A stretch of DNA of 60,222 nt, filler included, from Nitrospirae bacterium MYbin3 (GTDB taxonomy: Bacteria > Nitrospirota > Thermodesulfovibrionia > Thermodesulfovibrionales > Dissulfurispiraceae): the NCBI GenBank assembly GCA_002753335.1. It is 4 parts of 4 records of this genome, joined end to end, with 100 filler letters (N's around TTAATTAATTAA, not from the genome) between each part and the next. Parts side by side here need not be neighbours in the genome. Positions count along the whole stretch, not along the records: positions 35,776 to 60,222 come from PEAD01000034.1; 3 more parts are not named here. One strand, given 5' to 3'. The notes beneath the pieces are model-generated. The model ran no database searches, was not told the DNA's origin, and saw only the letters and a list, made by a program, of their open reading frames with translations. Position numbers and translations under genes: made by a program. Each line of letters begins with the position of its first letter. The first letter of the stretch is position 1. This document shows positions 37,872 through 48,757 of the stretch, piece after piece.

Positions 37872-38460
37872 ACGAAAACTTTTCATTTGCGCATTATTTT
37901 TATTGGTCTTCACTTTTGCAGCATGCAGCATGCCAGAAACCAAGATTTACAGCATCGGTTATTCAGGGCAGATTATCTCAGGCAGCGCAAAAAGCAGTGC
38001 AACAGCATATTTGACCATAGATGCCCCGCGCCATCTTTCACAGCCTTACATTGTTCACAGGACATCCCCCTATGAACTCACGATTTCAAAATATTCCAAG
38101 TGGGATTCTCCTCCAATAGAGACTATAAGGGATATTGTAAAAGACTCTCTGATCGCCACAGGCGAGTTCAGTGAAGTAAAAAGTTCGCTGGCATCACCTG
38201 CAGGAAAGTACGAAGCAAAAATTTATCTCAGAAAATTCGAGCGTTTTGACGAAGCTGAAATATCGTACGCGGAGCTGCTTTTTGACATCTCTTTGATTTC
38301 TCCGGAAGGCAAAGAGGTTTATAAAAAACGCATATCAAAACAGATTAAACTTGCTGACAAATCATTATCCATCCTTGCCAAAGCCTTGAACAATGCGGCT
38401 TTGGAGGCGGCCAAAGAAATTACGAAGAATATAACCGAAGCACTCTCGTCACCGCGTTAA
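37864..38460 (+). CDS. PqiC-like ABC transport auxiliary lipoprotein
   Basis: Lipobox FAAC; SKYSKWDSPP; follows the MCE gene. Confidence 0.8.
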   Translation: MNKRKLFICALFLLVFTFAACSMPETKIYSIGYSGQIISGSAKSSATAYLTIDAPRHLSQPYIVHRTSPYELTISKYSKWDSPPIETIRDIVKDSLIATGEFSEVKSSLASPAGKYEAKIYLRKFERFDEAEISYAELLFDISLISPEGKEVYKKRISKQIKLADKSLSILAKALNNAALEAAKEITKNITEALSSPR

Positions 38461-39177
38461 CAAATCTACGGCCACGCTGTCCAGTTTTTTTATGGCTTCC
38501 TTGGCGGCTGTCTGCTGTGCTTCTTTTTTGCTTTTACCCTTGCCCTTTCCCCCTAAAATTCCTTTTATGTAAACCTCGGCCGTAAACACCTTTTGGTGCT
38601 CCTCACCTTCCTGCTTTACGATGCGATAATCGGGCAGCAACTCGAACTCGGCCTGACACCTTTCCTGAAGCTCACTTTTAAAATCATAATCTTCTTTTAA
38701 ATATACAACTGAATGAACATTCTCCCTTAGAAGCTCCTCGACAACTTTATAAGCGGCTTTGTATCCGCCATCCAAAAATACAGCTCCCAATATGGCTTCT
38801 ACAGCATCCGACAAAATAGATTTCTTCAGCCTTCCACCAGAAATTTCCTCACCCTTGCCGAGCCTTATAAATTTTCCAACAAAGATCTTTTCTGAAACCT
38901 TATGCAGCACATTCTCATTTACAAGACAGGACTTCATCTTGGACATTTCTGACTCGCTGAGCAGCGGTGTCTTGTTAAAAAGAATTTCAGAAATAGCAAG
39001 GCCAAGCACAGAATCACCAAGGAATTCCAGGCGTTCGTTATAGCTCTTTGCCTCTAATGGGTTTTCGTTCTGGAATGATTTGTGGGTGAGGGCTTCTACT
39101 AAGAGGCTTTTGTCCTTAAAGACATAGCCCAGCGAATTCTCAAGCCCCTCTGTATTTTCTGAAAAGGAGGCAGGCAT
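38449..39177 (-). CDS. rnc: Ribonuclease III
   Basis: [12 protein letters not shown] and a C-terminal dsRBD. Start estimated at ATG 39177. Confidence 0.95.
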   Translation of the reverse strand: MPASFSENTEGLENSLGYVFKDKSLLVEALTHKSFQNENPLEAKSYNERLEFLGDSVLGLAISEILFNKTPLLSESEMSKMKSCLVNENVLHKVSEKIFVGKFIRLGKGEEISGGRLKKSILSDAVEAILGAVFLDGGYKAAYKVVEELLRENVHSVVYLKEDYDFKSELQERCQAEFELLPDYRIVKQEGEEHQKVFTAEVYIKGILGGKGKGKSKKEAQQTAAKEAIKKLDSVAVDLLTR

Positions 39178-40390
39178 TGGTTCCGCCAAAACCGAAAGAG
39201 TTTGACATGGCGCATTCGACATCCACCTGCCTTGCTTTGTTGGGTATGTAGTCAAGGTCGCACTCTGGGTCCGGCTTTTCGAGGTTTATAGTAGGAGGCA
39301 CCATATTATTAAAAAGGCTTAGTATCGAGAATACCGCTTCAACGCCGCCTGCAGCCCCGAGCAGATGCCCGGTCATAGACTTTGTCGAACCCACGCAAAG
39401 TTTGTAAGCATGGTCTCCGAATACGGTTCTAATCGCAGCAGTTTCGAGTTCATCCCCATATTTTGTGGAAGTGCCGTGGGCATTGATATAGTTAACACTC
39501 GTGAGATCTACGCCCGCATCTTTTAGAGTCGCTTTCATACACCTGACCGCGCCCTCTCCTGCCGGAGCAGGTGTTGTTATGTGATAGGCATCGCTCGACA
39601 TTCCGTAACCGAGGATTTCTGCGTATATCTTAGCGCCTCTTTCTAACGCGCTTTCGAGAGTTTCGAGCACCATAATTCCTGATCCCTCACCCATTACAAA
39701 ACCGTCCCTGTCTGAATCAAACGGTCTGCTAGCCCTTTGCGGGTCGTCATTTCTTGTGGATAGAGCCTTCATCACAGCAAATCCTGATATTCCGAGGGGA
39801 GTTATTACCGATTCGGTTCCGCCAGCAATCATAACATCAGCTTCACCACGCTGGATTATTCTGAAGGCATCACCAATCGAATGGCTTCCGGTGGCGCAGG
39901 CAGTCACGGCAGCAGAATTGGGCCCCTTTGCACCGTATTTTATTGATACATTGCCCGACGCAAGATTTATTATTATCATAGGTAGGAAGAAAGGGGATAT
40001 TTTTCTGGGTCCCTTTTCCATAAGTATTTTGTGGTAATGCTCTATTGCAGGCAGGCCGCCCATGCCTGCTCCTATTGTTACACCCACCCGTTCGGCATTA
40101 TCTTCGGTAACCTTAAATCCGGAATCGTCCATCGCCATAGTTGCTGCAGCCATGGCAAAATGGATAAACCTGTCCATCTTTTTTATTTCTTTAGGCTCGA
40201 TATAAGGAGCAGGATCAAAATTCTTGACTTCACCAGCAATCTGCACCGGAATCGGTTCAGGATCGAACAGAGTAATTCTGTCTATGCCCGATTTCCCGGC
40301 TAAAGCGGCGTTCCAAGACTCTTCAACCCCGATACCTATTGGGGTCACAAGACCGAGTCCTGTGACTACAACTCTTCTTTTGGAGATCAT
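39140..40390 (-). CDS. fabF: Beta-ketoacyl-ACP synthase II
   Basis: [21 protein letters not shown]. Confidence 0.97.
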   Translation of the reverse strand: MISKRRVVVTGLGLVTPIGIGVEESWNAALAGKSGIDRITLFDPEPIPVQIAGEVKNFDPAPYIEPKEIKKMDRFIHFAMAAATMAMDDSGFKVTEDNAERVGVTIGAGMGGLPAIEHYHKILMEKGPRKISPFFLPMIIINLASGNVSIKYGAKGPNSAAVTACATGSHSIGDAFRIIQRGEADVMIAGGTESVITPLGISGFAVMKALSTRNDDPQRASRPFDSDRDGFVMGEGSGIMVLETLESALERGAKIYAEILGYGMSSDAYHITTPAPAGEGAVRCMKATLKDAGVDLTSVNYINAHGTSTKYGDELETAAIRTVFGDHAYKLCVGSTKSMTGHLLGAAGGVEAVFSILSLFNNMVPPTINLEKPDPECDLDYIPNKARQVDVECAMSNSFGFGGTNACLLFRKYRGA

Positions 40391-40617
40391 CCTACCTTGT
40401 TCTTAATGTAGTCGATAGCGTCTTTTACTTTAGTGATCTTTTCTGCGTCTTCGTCCGGGATCTCGATATTAAAGGACTCCTCAAAAGCCATGACGAGCTC
40501 AACAGTATCTAGAGAATCTGCGCCCAAATCATCCACAAAAGAGGCCTCTAACGTAACCTCAGACTTATCCACCCCAAGCTGCTTTGCGATAATATCGCTT
40601 ACTTTTTCATCTACCAT
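40387..40617 (-). CDS. acpP: Acyl carrier protein
   Basis: [26 protein letters not shown] before ATG 40617. Confidence 0.97.
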   Translation of the reverse strand: MVDEKVSDIIAKQLGVDKSEVTLEASFVDDLGADSLDTVELVMAFEESFNIEIPDEDAEKITKVKDAIDYIKNKVG

Positions 40618-40665
40618 TGTACCCTCCAAAATTGTTTTTAAACCCGAGCTTAATAAGCTTGTTTT

Positions 40666-41400
40666 CTACATATACATCCCGCCGTTTACGTGTATAACCT
40701 GTCCTGTTATGTACGACGTATCAGGCGAAGCCAGAAATGCAACCGCGTTTGCTATGTCTTCAACGCTTCCGAATTTTCCCATAGGAATTGCCTTCATCAT
40801 TTCCTGCTTTACATTGTCACTTAAAACATCTGTCATGGCTGTTGTAATAAAACCGGGCGCCACCGCATTAACCGTTATGCCCCTGCTTGCATACTCTTTT
40901 GCTATCGATTTCGTAAGCCCTACAATGCCGGCCTTGGAGGCGCTATAGTTCGTCTGCCCTGCGTTTCCTATAAACGCAACTATTGAGGTTATGTTTATAA
41001 TCCTGCCGTAGCGCTGTTTCGACATTAATTTAATCGCCTCTTTTGAACAGAGAAAAGTTCCTTTGAGATTTGTGTCTATCACAGAATCCCAATCCTCTTC
41101 TTTCATGCGCAGCAGAAGCCCATCTCTCGTAATGCCTGCATTGTTTACAAGTATATCAACCCTGCCGAATTCCGCGACCGCTTTTTCGAATAAAGCAGAA
41201 ACATCGCTCGACTTGGCTATGTCGGTCTTGACCGCAATGCTTTTCACGCCAAAGCCTATCAAAGCGGCCGAAGTCTCTTCAGCAGCCTCGAGCTTAGTTG
41301 CGGCAACAACCACATTAATGCCACGCTTGGCAAGGCATTCTGCAATCCCTTTGCCTATTCCCCGGCTTCCGCCCGTTATTATCGCTGTATGTCCGTTCAT
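40666..41400 (-). CDS. fabG: 3-oxoacyl-ACP reductase
   Basis: TGGSRGIG, NNAGITRD, YSASK. Confidence 0.96.
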   Translation of the reverse strand: MNGHTAIITGGSRGIGKGIAECLAKRGINVVVAATKLEAAEETSAALIGFGVKSIAVKTDIAKSSDVSALFEKAVAEFGRVDILVNNAGITRDGLLLRMKEEDWDSVIDTNLKGTFLCSKEAIKLMSKQRYGRIINITSIVAFIGNAGQTNYSASKAGIVGLTKSIAKEYASRGITVNAVAPGFITTAMTDVLSDNVKQEMMKAIPMGKFGSVEDIANAVAFLASPDTSYITGQVIHVNGGMYM

Positions 41401-41496
41401 GGTTTAGAAATGCCCTCAAAAAGCAGAAATCATTTTAACAGAGAGTATATTTGATTTTCCAGTCAATAAAAAATAAAAGCGCTGCAACAAATCTGG

Positions 41497-41507
41497 TGTG
41501 GTATAAT
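41497..41507 (+). promoter_or_regulatory. Extended -10 promoter element
   Basis: TGTGGTATAAT (TGn-TATAAT), 11 nt upstream of ATG 41519. Confidence 0.5.
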
Positions 41508-41518
41508 TAATCTGCAAA

Positions 41519-41680
41519 ATGACTCAGGTTAACACCCCAAAAAAAACTGCAAGAACAAATCCAAAAAAAGATACAACGGCTCAATCTCGGGCTACGCTAT
41601 GTTCAAATACTGAATGCAAGTTAAGAAAACAGGGCTGTAAAGGCTTCGAGGGATGCCCCGGATTTAAAAGCCGCAACTGA
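41519..41680 (+). CDS. Small Cys-rich protein (53 aa)
   Basis: Below the ORF-track cutoff; ends CSNTECKLRKQGCKGFEGCPGFKSRN with four Cys. Confidence 0.5.
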   Translation: MTQVNTPKKTARTNPKKDTTAQSRATLCSNTECKLRKQGCKGFEGCPGFKSRN

Positions 41681-41755
41681 ACATTTCGAGGTCTTGCAAT
41701 CTTTTAAGAAAAAGTTTTATCCTCATAACTCATTTACTATCAATTCATATACACC

Positions 41756-43117
41756 ATGGAGACCAGCATGACTGCACGTTATATCCTATACATATTATTA
41801 TTGGTTCTTTCTCTTGCGGGTTGCGCTACCGTTGATGTAATACTATCTGAAGAAGCTGATGAAAAAATGGTGGCCTCTGTTTCGGGTTCTGGAGAATTCT
41901 GGCATTCCAGGTCTTGCCGGGGCTGCCACAATAAAATTTATATCCAATATGCCGGGTCTATGCATGACAAGTCCTTCGATAACCCGGTGTTTCAGGCTCA
42001 GTATTTTAAAGAGGTGGTTCCGGCTATAAAGGATAATGCGACGATGGTTGAAGAAGCAAAAAAATGCACCGCCTGCCATACGCCAATATCCTATATCAAA
42101 AACAATGGACACATCACTTCAAAAGATCAGGTTAAGCCCGGAATGGCCGGAGTAACATGCGATTTCTGCCATACAATGACAGGATTCATAGGAAAAGAAC
42201 CGGGCAACGGAAACTTTTCCTCTACTCCTGGGGATATAAAATACGGACCAATCCCTACTATCCGTGACCACCACAAGGACTACTCCGATTTTTTCAATAA
42301 AAGCGAATTCTGCGCCGTCTGCCACAACGCAACCAACCACAACGGAATAGAGATTAAATCAACCTTCACCGAATGGAGGCAAAGCGATTACGCAAAGAAA
42401 AATATTCAGTGTCAGGACTGCCATATGAATATAAAAGGATATCTGACAGGAGGGCAGGCTTTGTTCGAATCGGGCAAAGTTGGAGAAACCAACTGGATTC
42501 ATTTCAAAGATTACGCGAAGCTTTATACGCACAGATTCCCCGGTGCTAACGACAAGAAACAGGTTGAAGCTGCAGTTTCTGTTACGATTGACAATTTTAC
42601 CGTTGAGGGAGAAAATGCAATCGTCACAATTTTGGTTGATAACACCAACGTGGGCCACATGATGCCTACAGGAAGCGCTGAATTAAGGCTCTTATGGCTT
42701 GAGGTTCAGGTAAAACTGGACAATACGGTAATACAGATTCCGGCCCTTTCTTCGGTGGCAGCAGGTGAAAAGTTTGACTTATCCGGAGGTTCGGCATCTG
42801 ATGCCGAAATAATCGGGGATGACATACCACGCGGAGCACGAATATACAGAACTGTTTTTACCGACAGCCAAAACAAACACACTTTTTCTTCTTATAAGGC
42901 TGTAAAAATCGTTTACGACAACAGGCTGCTTCCTTCAGAAGTGAGAAGAGAAACTTATAAATTCAAGATGCCCAAACAGGCAACCAGCAAGATGACTGTG
43001 GTTGCAGACCTGAAATATCTGCCTTACCCCACATCTTTTACATCCAAGCTCGGCGTTAAAAGTGCTTCGCAGTACAGCTTATTCACAGCAGAAAAAACCT
43101 TGCAGCTAAAACAGTAG
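41756..43117 (+). CDS. Multiheme (5 CxxCH) cytochrome c lipoprotein, c554-like
   Basis: Lipobox LAGC; CRGCH, CTACH, CDFCH, CAVCH, CQDCH. Confidence 0.88.
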   Translation: METSMTARYILYILLLVLSLAGCATVDVILSEEADEKMVASVSGSGEFWHSRSCRGCHNKIYIQYAGSMHDKSFDNPVFQAQYFKEVVPAIKDNATMVEEAKKCTACHTPISYIKNNGHITSKDQVKPGMAGVTCDFCHTMTGFIGKEPGNGNFSSTPGDIKYGPIPTIRDHHKDYSDFFNKSEFCAVCHNATNHNGIEIKSTFTEWRQSDYAKKNIQCQDCHMNIKGYLTGGQALFESGKVGETNWIHFKDYAKLYTHRFPGANDKKQVEAAVSVTIDNFTVEGENAIVTILVDNTNVGHMMPTGSAELRLLWLEVQVKLDNTVIQIPALSSVAAGEKFDLSGGSASDAEIIGDDIPRGARIYRTVFTDSQNKHTFSSYKAVKIVYDNRLLPSEVRRETYKFKMPKQATSKMTVVADLKYLPYPTSFTSKLGVKSASQYSLFTAEKTLQLKQ

Positions 43118-43216
43118 AGTTGACTTGCAAATGTCTTTATAGTGTGGTATTTTTTAAGCATCAACCATTGAAAAAATCTTTTTGCTAATACAAACAAAAC
43201 AAATCAGGAGGCGTTT

Positions 43217-44428
43217 ATGTCGATCAAAAAAGTAGGAATCATCACAAGCGGAGGCGATTGCGGAGGTCTTAATGCAGTAATCAAGGGAGTTGCACGTTTT
43301 GCATATTCACTTGGAATAGAGTCTGTGGTTATTCCTAATGGCTACGCAGGGCTTTATAATCTTCTCGAACTTGACGCGGTTGTTACACTAAACGCAGAAA
43401 GGGTCAGCCGCATTGAAGCGTCCCTTGCAGGATCAGAGGCAGGACACTCCAGAGTTAAAATAAGCAAGATTAAAGATGACAATAAATACCAGCGAATCAA
43501 GGATGGGTTAAAGAAATTCGGAATTGACGCGCTCGTCATCAGCGGCGGAGATGACACCGGAAGCGTTGTTGTTGACCTATCGCAACAGGGAATCCCATGC
43601 ATACATGTTCCGAAGACAATGGACTTAGACCTTCAGCCCTACAGCGTAGGAGGAGACTCCGCAATAAACAGGATATCTGTATTCACAAGGGATTTAAAGA
43701 CAACCGGCTTAAGTCATAACCGTGTCATTGTAGTAGAGGTCTTCGGCAGATATGTAGGACATACAGCCTTCCGGGGTGGAGTGGGAGCCGAAGCCGACTG
43801 CATACTTATCCCTGAGATTCCGGTTGATTTTGATGTGGTCTATGAGCACATGAAGACCACCTATTCTGGACGTGTGCTTCGCAGTGATGTTAAAGCAGGC
43901 ACCTATATTATAGTTGTTGCTGAAGGTCTCAAGATGGCAAATGGAGAGATGCTGTATGACGAGTCGGCCGGCATTGATGCATTCGGCCACAAAAAACTTG
44001 CAGGCGCAGGCAAATTTGTCAGGCAGCAGCTCGAGAAACGACTAAAAGCTGATCCGGAAATAAAAGAGTTCATGAAAAAGACAGGAATGTACGCTCCGGG
44101 TATTTATGAGGTGCCTGAAGTAAGGGAAGTGACTCCGGGACATCTCGTGCGCTGCGGTTCATCATCAGCATTTGATGTTAATTTTGGGCACAAGGCCGGC
44201 TCTGCAGCCATACTTCTTCTGCTCGAAGGCAAGTCAGGCACCACCGTTGTAAATGTTGATGGCGACAAGGTTTCTTACATGCCAACAACCGAAGCAATCA
44301 AACACAGAACTGTTGATACAAAAGAAATAGCGCTCTTTGAAAGCTTGGGAACATGTTTCGGCAGGAAACCGGAACAGTACAAAGCATCATTTAACGAAGT
44401 AAAAGATAAGGTAGAAAGACATCTATAA
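43217..44428 (+). CDS. 6-phosphofructokinase, probably PPi-dependent
   Basis: TSGGDCGGLN, GGDD, PKTMD, EVFGR. Confidence 0.88.
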   Translation: MSIKKVGIITSGGDCGGLNAVIKGVARFAYSLGIESVVIPNGYAGLYNLLELDAVVTLNAERVSRIEASLAGSEAGHSRVKISKIKDDNKYQRIKDGLKKFGIDALVISGGDDTGSVVVDLSQQGIPCIHVPKTMDLDLQPYSVGGDSAINRISVFTRDLKTTGLSHNRVIVVEVFGRYVGHTAFRGGVGAEADCILIPEIPVDFDVVYEHMKTTYSGRVLRSDVKAGTYIIVVAEGLKMANGEMLYDESAGIDAFGHKKLAGAGKFVRQQLEKRLKADPEIKEFMKKTGMYAPGIYEVPEVREVTPGHLVRCGSSSAFDVNFGHKAGSAAILLLLEGKSGTTVVNVDGDKVSYMPTTEAIKHRTVDTKEIALFESLGTCFGRKPEQYKASFNEVKDKVERHL

Positions 44429-44438
44429 TATCCGCCAT

Positions 44439-44480
44439 AAAGACAGCGGCTGTCTATAAAATCGGACAGCCGCTGTCTTT
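44439..44480. terminator. Bidirectional intrinsic terminator
   Basis: AAAGACAGCGGCTGTC...GACAGCCGCTGTCTTT perfect inverted repeat between convergent genes. Confidence 0.85.
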
Positions 44481-47400
44481 ATCTTTTTTTGATAAATCTG
44501 TCCTGCAGATCATCGAAGATATCGTAGGCTGCAGGCACAACTATCAGCGTAAGAAAAAGTGAACTCAGAAGCCCGCCTATTGTGGCTATAGCCATAGGCG
44601 CACGCGTTTCTGCACCTTCACCAAGACCGAGCGCTATCGGCATCATTCCTAATATCATCGCCACCGTAGTCATAAGTATCGGCCTGAGTCTAATAGGTCC
44701 TGCCTGTAGTATCGCCTCTCTCCTGCTCATGCCCTGCCCTCTCAGCGTGTTTGTATAATCCACAAGCAGAATAGCATTCTTCTTGACTAGGCCCATTAGC
44801 AATATGAGTCCTATAAGGCTGAAAATATTCAAAGTATTATTTGTCAGCAGCAAAGCTCCAAATGCTCCGATAAACGAAAACGGCATTGCAAGAAGTACGG
44901 TCACAGGATGCACAAAACTTTCGAACTGTGCCGCCAATATCATGTAGGCCATTACAACGCCCAGCACCAAAGCGAATATCAGATAATAAAAAGATTCTCC
45001 CATCATATCTGCCGCGCCTTTGTATGCTGTGGTGTAGTCCGGCGAGAGCGTTTTGGCCGCAATAGCATCAAGCTCTTCCTTGGCCTGGCCAAGCGGCTTT
45101 TTTTCGAGATTGGCAAACATCATCACGGCCCGCTGCCTGTCAACCCTGTTTATAACACTAGGCCCCCCGCCTTCCTTTATTCTTACTATGTTCGAAACCT
45201 CAACCAGCTTTCCGTCTTTTGCCCTCACATACAACCTGCCTATATCGTCGGGGTTTGTCCTGTCGGATGGATTAAGCCGCGCCCTTACATCATAACGCCG
45301 CCCCTTAGCAGTATCCTTGAACTTTGTCACATCCACTTCACCGCCGATAAGAAAGTTTATCGCTTCGGCAACAGTCGCTGTTTCAACACCTAAGTCAGCT
45401 GCCTTATCCCTGTCTATAAAAACCTTCACTTCCGGTTTCCCGGCTTCAAGTGATGAGTCAATATCAACTATTCCGGGCAGCTTAGAAAATTCTGTCGATA
45501 TTTTATCCATATGTTTTTCGAGCATCGAGAGGTCTCTGCCTCTTATCACATACTGTATCGGCACATTCCTTATGCCGCCGCCTATGAGAGAGATATCTTC
45601 TGCACTCGCCTTTAGGCCAACTATATTTTTGAGGATCTTGCGCATCTCTGCCTTAACCTGCTCCTGACTTTTCTTTCTGTCCGACTTAGGTTTAAGCGCT
45701 ACAAACATCGTGGCTTTATTCGTCGGTCCAAAAAATCCCTGTGCATAAAATACAGACACCACTTCAGACATCTTGCTTATAGACTGCTCTGCCTGCATAA
45801 ACATTTTATCCGCCTGCTCAACAGAATAGTCTATAGGTGCCTGAAGCCTTACAGCCACCCTGCTCTGGTCTTCGGACGGCGCAAACTCTTTGCCTATAAA
45901 TTTTGTTATGAACAGGCTAAAGACAAACACAAGCAACGAAATCACCAGCACTTTAACCCTATGCTCTATCGAGTAGAAAAGGAGCTTCCTGTAAATTTCT
46001 TCTATCCGCATATACATTCGTTCGAGCATGTCAGAAAGCCTGCCGCAAAAGCCTGTGCTGCCGGTCAGTTCATGACAATGCCTTATTTTATCTATCCTCA
46101 AGTATCTCGAAGCCATCATCGGAGTCAGGGTAAAAGAGACAAACATCGATACCAAAACAGCAAAAACTACGGTGAAAGCAAACTGCACAAAAAATCTGCC
46201 CACAAGCCCCTTCATAAAAGCCACCGGCAAAAATATCGCTACGATTGCGAGAGTTGTGGCCATTACGGCGAGACCTATTTCTTTTGTTGCTGTGGAGGCG
46301 GCTTCCATAGGCTCTTTGCCGGCCTCTATATGCCTGTGGATATTTTCGATTACGATTATAGCATCGTCAATAAGTATTCCTATCGATAGAGAAAGCGCAA
46401 GCATAGTCATATTATTGAAGGTAAAACCAAAAGCGTTCATTATGGCGAATGTCGAGATTATGGATGTAGGAATCGCCAAAGCGCTTATTAAAGTTATTCT
46501 CAGACTCTTAAGAAAAATAAGCACCGCAAGTGTTGCAAAAAATCCTCCGTAAACAAGATGGTGCTGAACTTCGTTAATAGAGCGCTTGATGAAAACCGAC
46601 TGGTCAAAGCTAATATCCAGATTCATGCCAGGAGGCAGGTTTTTTCGTATTTTTTCGAGTTCTGCCTTGACCCTGTCTATAACCTCTACGGTATTAGTGC
46701 CTGACTGTTTTTGCACTCCCATGCCCACGGCATTTTTTCCACCAAACCTGATAATAGAGCGCTTCTCTTCCATCCCGTCTTCAACCCTTCCGATATCGCG
46801 AAGCCTTACCGGCGCTCCTTTTGCGTAAGCCACTATCAGATTATTAAACTCCTGAGGGTCTGCAAACTCGCCCTTAATCTTGACCGAATATTCCTTAGTG
46901 TTGGTTTCGATCCTGCCGCCAGGCAGCTCAACATTCTCCTTCTGAAGCGCCCTGATTATATCGTGAGCCGTGATTTTGTAGGCATTCATTCTGGCCGAAT
47001 CGAGCCATATCCTGACCTGTCTCAGCCTCAAACCGCCTGTTCTTATAGACCCAACGCCGTTAACTTTCTGAATCTGCTCTTTCAACACCTCATCAGCATA
47101 AGTGGATATCTCTCTCACCGATCTATCGCCCGACAGAGCCATCCACAAGACAGGAGCGGCATCCGGATCAACTTTTTCTATGATAGGTTCATCAATATCT
47201 CGCGGCAGTTTGCCCCGAACAAGAGAAATCTTTTCTCTGACATCCTGAGCTGCAAGCTCTATATCCCTTTCGAGCACAAACTCTACAGTTACTGTTGATA
47301 CCCCTTCAATGCTCACTGACGTAAGGGTTTTGACGCCATTTATGGTATTTACAGCCTCCTCTATTTTGTCGGTAACGTCAATGTCCATTATCTCAGGGCT

Positions 47401-47562
47401 TGCGCCTTTGAGCTTTGTGGTTATGTTGATAATAGGGAACTCTACTTTAGGAAAGAGGTCAACTCCGATATTGGGGTAACTGACCACGCCTAAAAGCACG
47501 ATGGCAAGTATCACCATCGTTGCAAAAACAGGGCGCTTTATAGATGTGTCAGAGAGCCACAT
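44479..47562 (-). CDS. RND efflux transporter permease (AcrB/AcrD/AcrF family)
   Basis: SIKRPVFA, GILIDDAIIVIENI, KKNAILLVD, RLRPILMTT. Confidence 0.95.
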   Translation of the reverse strand: MWLSDTSIKRPVFATMVILAIVLLGVVSYPNIGVDLFPKVEFPIINITTKLKGASPEIMDIDVTDKIEEAVNTINGVKTLTSVSIEGVSTVTVEFVLERDIELAAQDVREKISLVRGKLPRDIDEPIIEKVDPDAAPVLWMALSGDRSVREISTYADEVLKEQIQKVNGVGSIRTGGLRLRQVRIWLDSARMNAYKITAHDIIRALQKENVELPGGRIETNTKEYSVKIKGEFADPQEFNNLIVAYAKGAPVRLRDIGRVEDGMEEKRSIIRFGGKNAVGMGVQKQSGTNTVEVIDRVKAELEKIRKNLPPGMNLDISFDQSVFIKRSINEVQHHLVYGGFFATLAVLIFLKSLRITLISALAIPTSIISTFAIMNAFGFTFNNMTMLALSLSIGILIDDAIIVIENIHRHIEAGKEPMEAASTATKEIGLAVMATTLAIVAIFLPVAFMKGLVGRFFVQFAFTVVFAVLVSMFVSFTLTPMMASRYLRIDKIRHCHELTGSTGFCGRLSDMLERMYMRIEEIYRKLLFYSIEHRVKVLVISLLVFVFSLFITKFIGKEFAPSEDQSRVAVRLQAPIDYSVEQADKMFMQAEQSISKMSEVVSVFYAQGFFGPTNKATMFVALKPKSDRKKSQEQVKAEMRKILKNIVGLKASAEDISLIGGGIRNVPIQYVIRGRDLSMLEKHMDKISTEFSKLPGIVDIDSSLEAGKPEVKVFIDRDKAADLGVETATVAEAINFLIGGEVDVTKFKDTAKGRRYDVRARLNPSDRTNPDDIGRLYVRAKDGKLVEVSNIVRIKEGGGPSVINRVDRQRAVMMFANLEKKPLGQAKEELDAIAAKTLSPDYTTAYKGAADMMGESFYYLIFALVLGVVMAYMILAAQFESFVHPVTVLLAMPFSFIGAFGALLLTNNTLNIFSLIGLILLMGLVKKNAILLVDYTNTLRGQGMSRREAILQAGPIRLRPILMTTVAMILGMMPIALGLGEGAETRAPMAIATIGGLLSSLFLTLIVVPAAYDIFDDLQDRFIKKR

Positions 47563-48658
47563 TAACTTTTACCCCTTCGGCTAAATTCTGCTGTCCTACA
47601 ACTACTACCTGCTCAGCATCTTTAACACCTTCGATTATTTCGACAAAATCACCGTGCTTCGCACCTGTCTTAACCTTGCGAGCCCTTGCCTGCTCTCCCT
47701 CAACAACATAAACTGTTACAGACTCTCCTTCATATAAAAGCGCGGTTGCCGGCACAACAACGGTTTCCTTTGAAGAGCCTGTAAACGCCGTGACCTTAGC
47801 AAAAAAGCCAGGCTTCAATATTCCTGAAGGGTTGGGAATATGCGCCTCTATCTGAAGAGTTCTTGTTTTGTCGTCAAGGCTCGGGAATACGGCTGCAACC
47901 TTACCGGCAAATTCCTTTTCGGGCAATGCATCCACTTTCAGAGAAATATCCTGTCCTGTTTTTATTTTAGAAACATCTTTTTCGGATACCGAAAAATAAA
48001 GCTTAAGCGGATTGGCCTGTATCAAAACGAGCATGGGAGAGCCGCTCCTCACAAAATCCCCCTTCGAAGACCTCTTCTCTTTTACTGACCCTTCAATTGG
48101 CGACTGAATTTTCGTCTTGGACAATTTATGCTTTGCTATGTCGAGGGCAGATTTTGCCCTGTCAGCCTCGGCTTCGGCAATATTAAGTCTTGTTGCAACA
48201 TCGTCCATCTGCTGCCGGGGAACAAGTTGTTCTTCAAACAGGGCCCTCTTTCTTCCAAACTCGACCTTGGTATTTTCTAGCGTGGCCTTGGCCTGCTTCA
48301 GCGCTGCTTCTGACCTGCCCGCTTCGAGAGAGTAGTCTGTTTCGTCAAGCGCTGCGAGCAGCATGCCTTTTGATACAAAAGATCCCTCGCTTACCTTCAG
48401 CTCCTTAATTATGCCCTCTATTTCTGCGCTGACAACAACCTCTTCAAAAGGCGCCAGTGTTCCCACCGCTTCAACCATAGGACGCAGATGCTGCTTGCCT
48501 GCAGGCTGTACCGTTACATTTATTCTTCTTTCAACAGCCTGTTTCTCGGCTTTTTTAGTGCATGAAACAAAAAATATCAAACTCATCAAAGCGCATGAGA
48601 TATAGCAAATTTTAAACATGATACCTTGAGTCTTCATGAAATATATTCTCCTTCTCAT
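47549..48658 (-). CDS. RND periplasmic adaptor (MFP)
   Basis: Lipoyl halves flanking a coiled coil, LKPGFF; adjacent to the RND permease. Start uncertain. Confidence 0.9.
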   Translation of the reverse strand: MRRRIYFMKTQGIMFKICYISCALMSLIFFVSCTKKAEKQAVERRINVTVQPAGKQHLRPMVEAVGTLAPFEEVVVSAEIEGIIKELKVSEGSFVSKGMLLAALDETDYSLEAGRSEAALKQAKATLENTKVEFGRKRALFEEQLVPRQQMDDVATRLNIAEAEADRAKSALDIAKHKLSKTKIQSPIEGSVKEKRSSKGDFVRSGSPMLVLIQANPLKLYFSVSEKDVSKIKTGQDISLKVDALPEKEFAGKVAAVFPSLDDKTRTLQIEAHIPNPSGILKPGFFAKVTAFTGSSKETVVVPATALLYEGESVTVYVVEGEQARARKVKTGAKHGDFVEIIEGVKDAEQVVVVGQQNLAEGVKVNVAL

Positions 48659-48757
48659 TTTTTTAGCTGAAGCTAAATGTAAGTGGTTACTAACATTCTA
48701 AAAGAGTACGCGTTTATTGTCAACGATGACAACACGATTAACAATAAAGAAGTGGGA

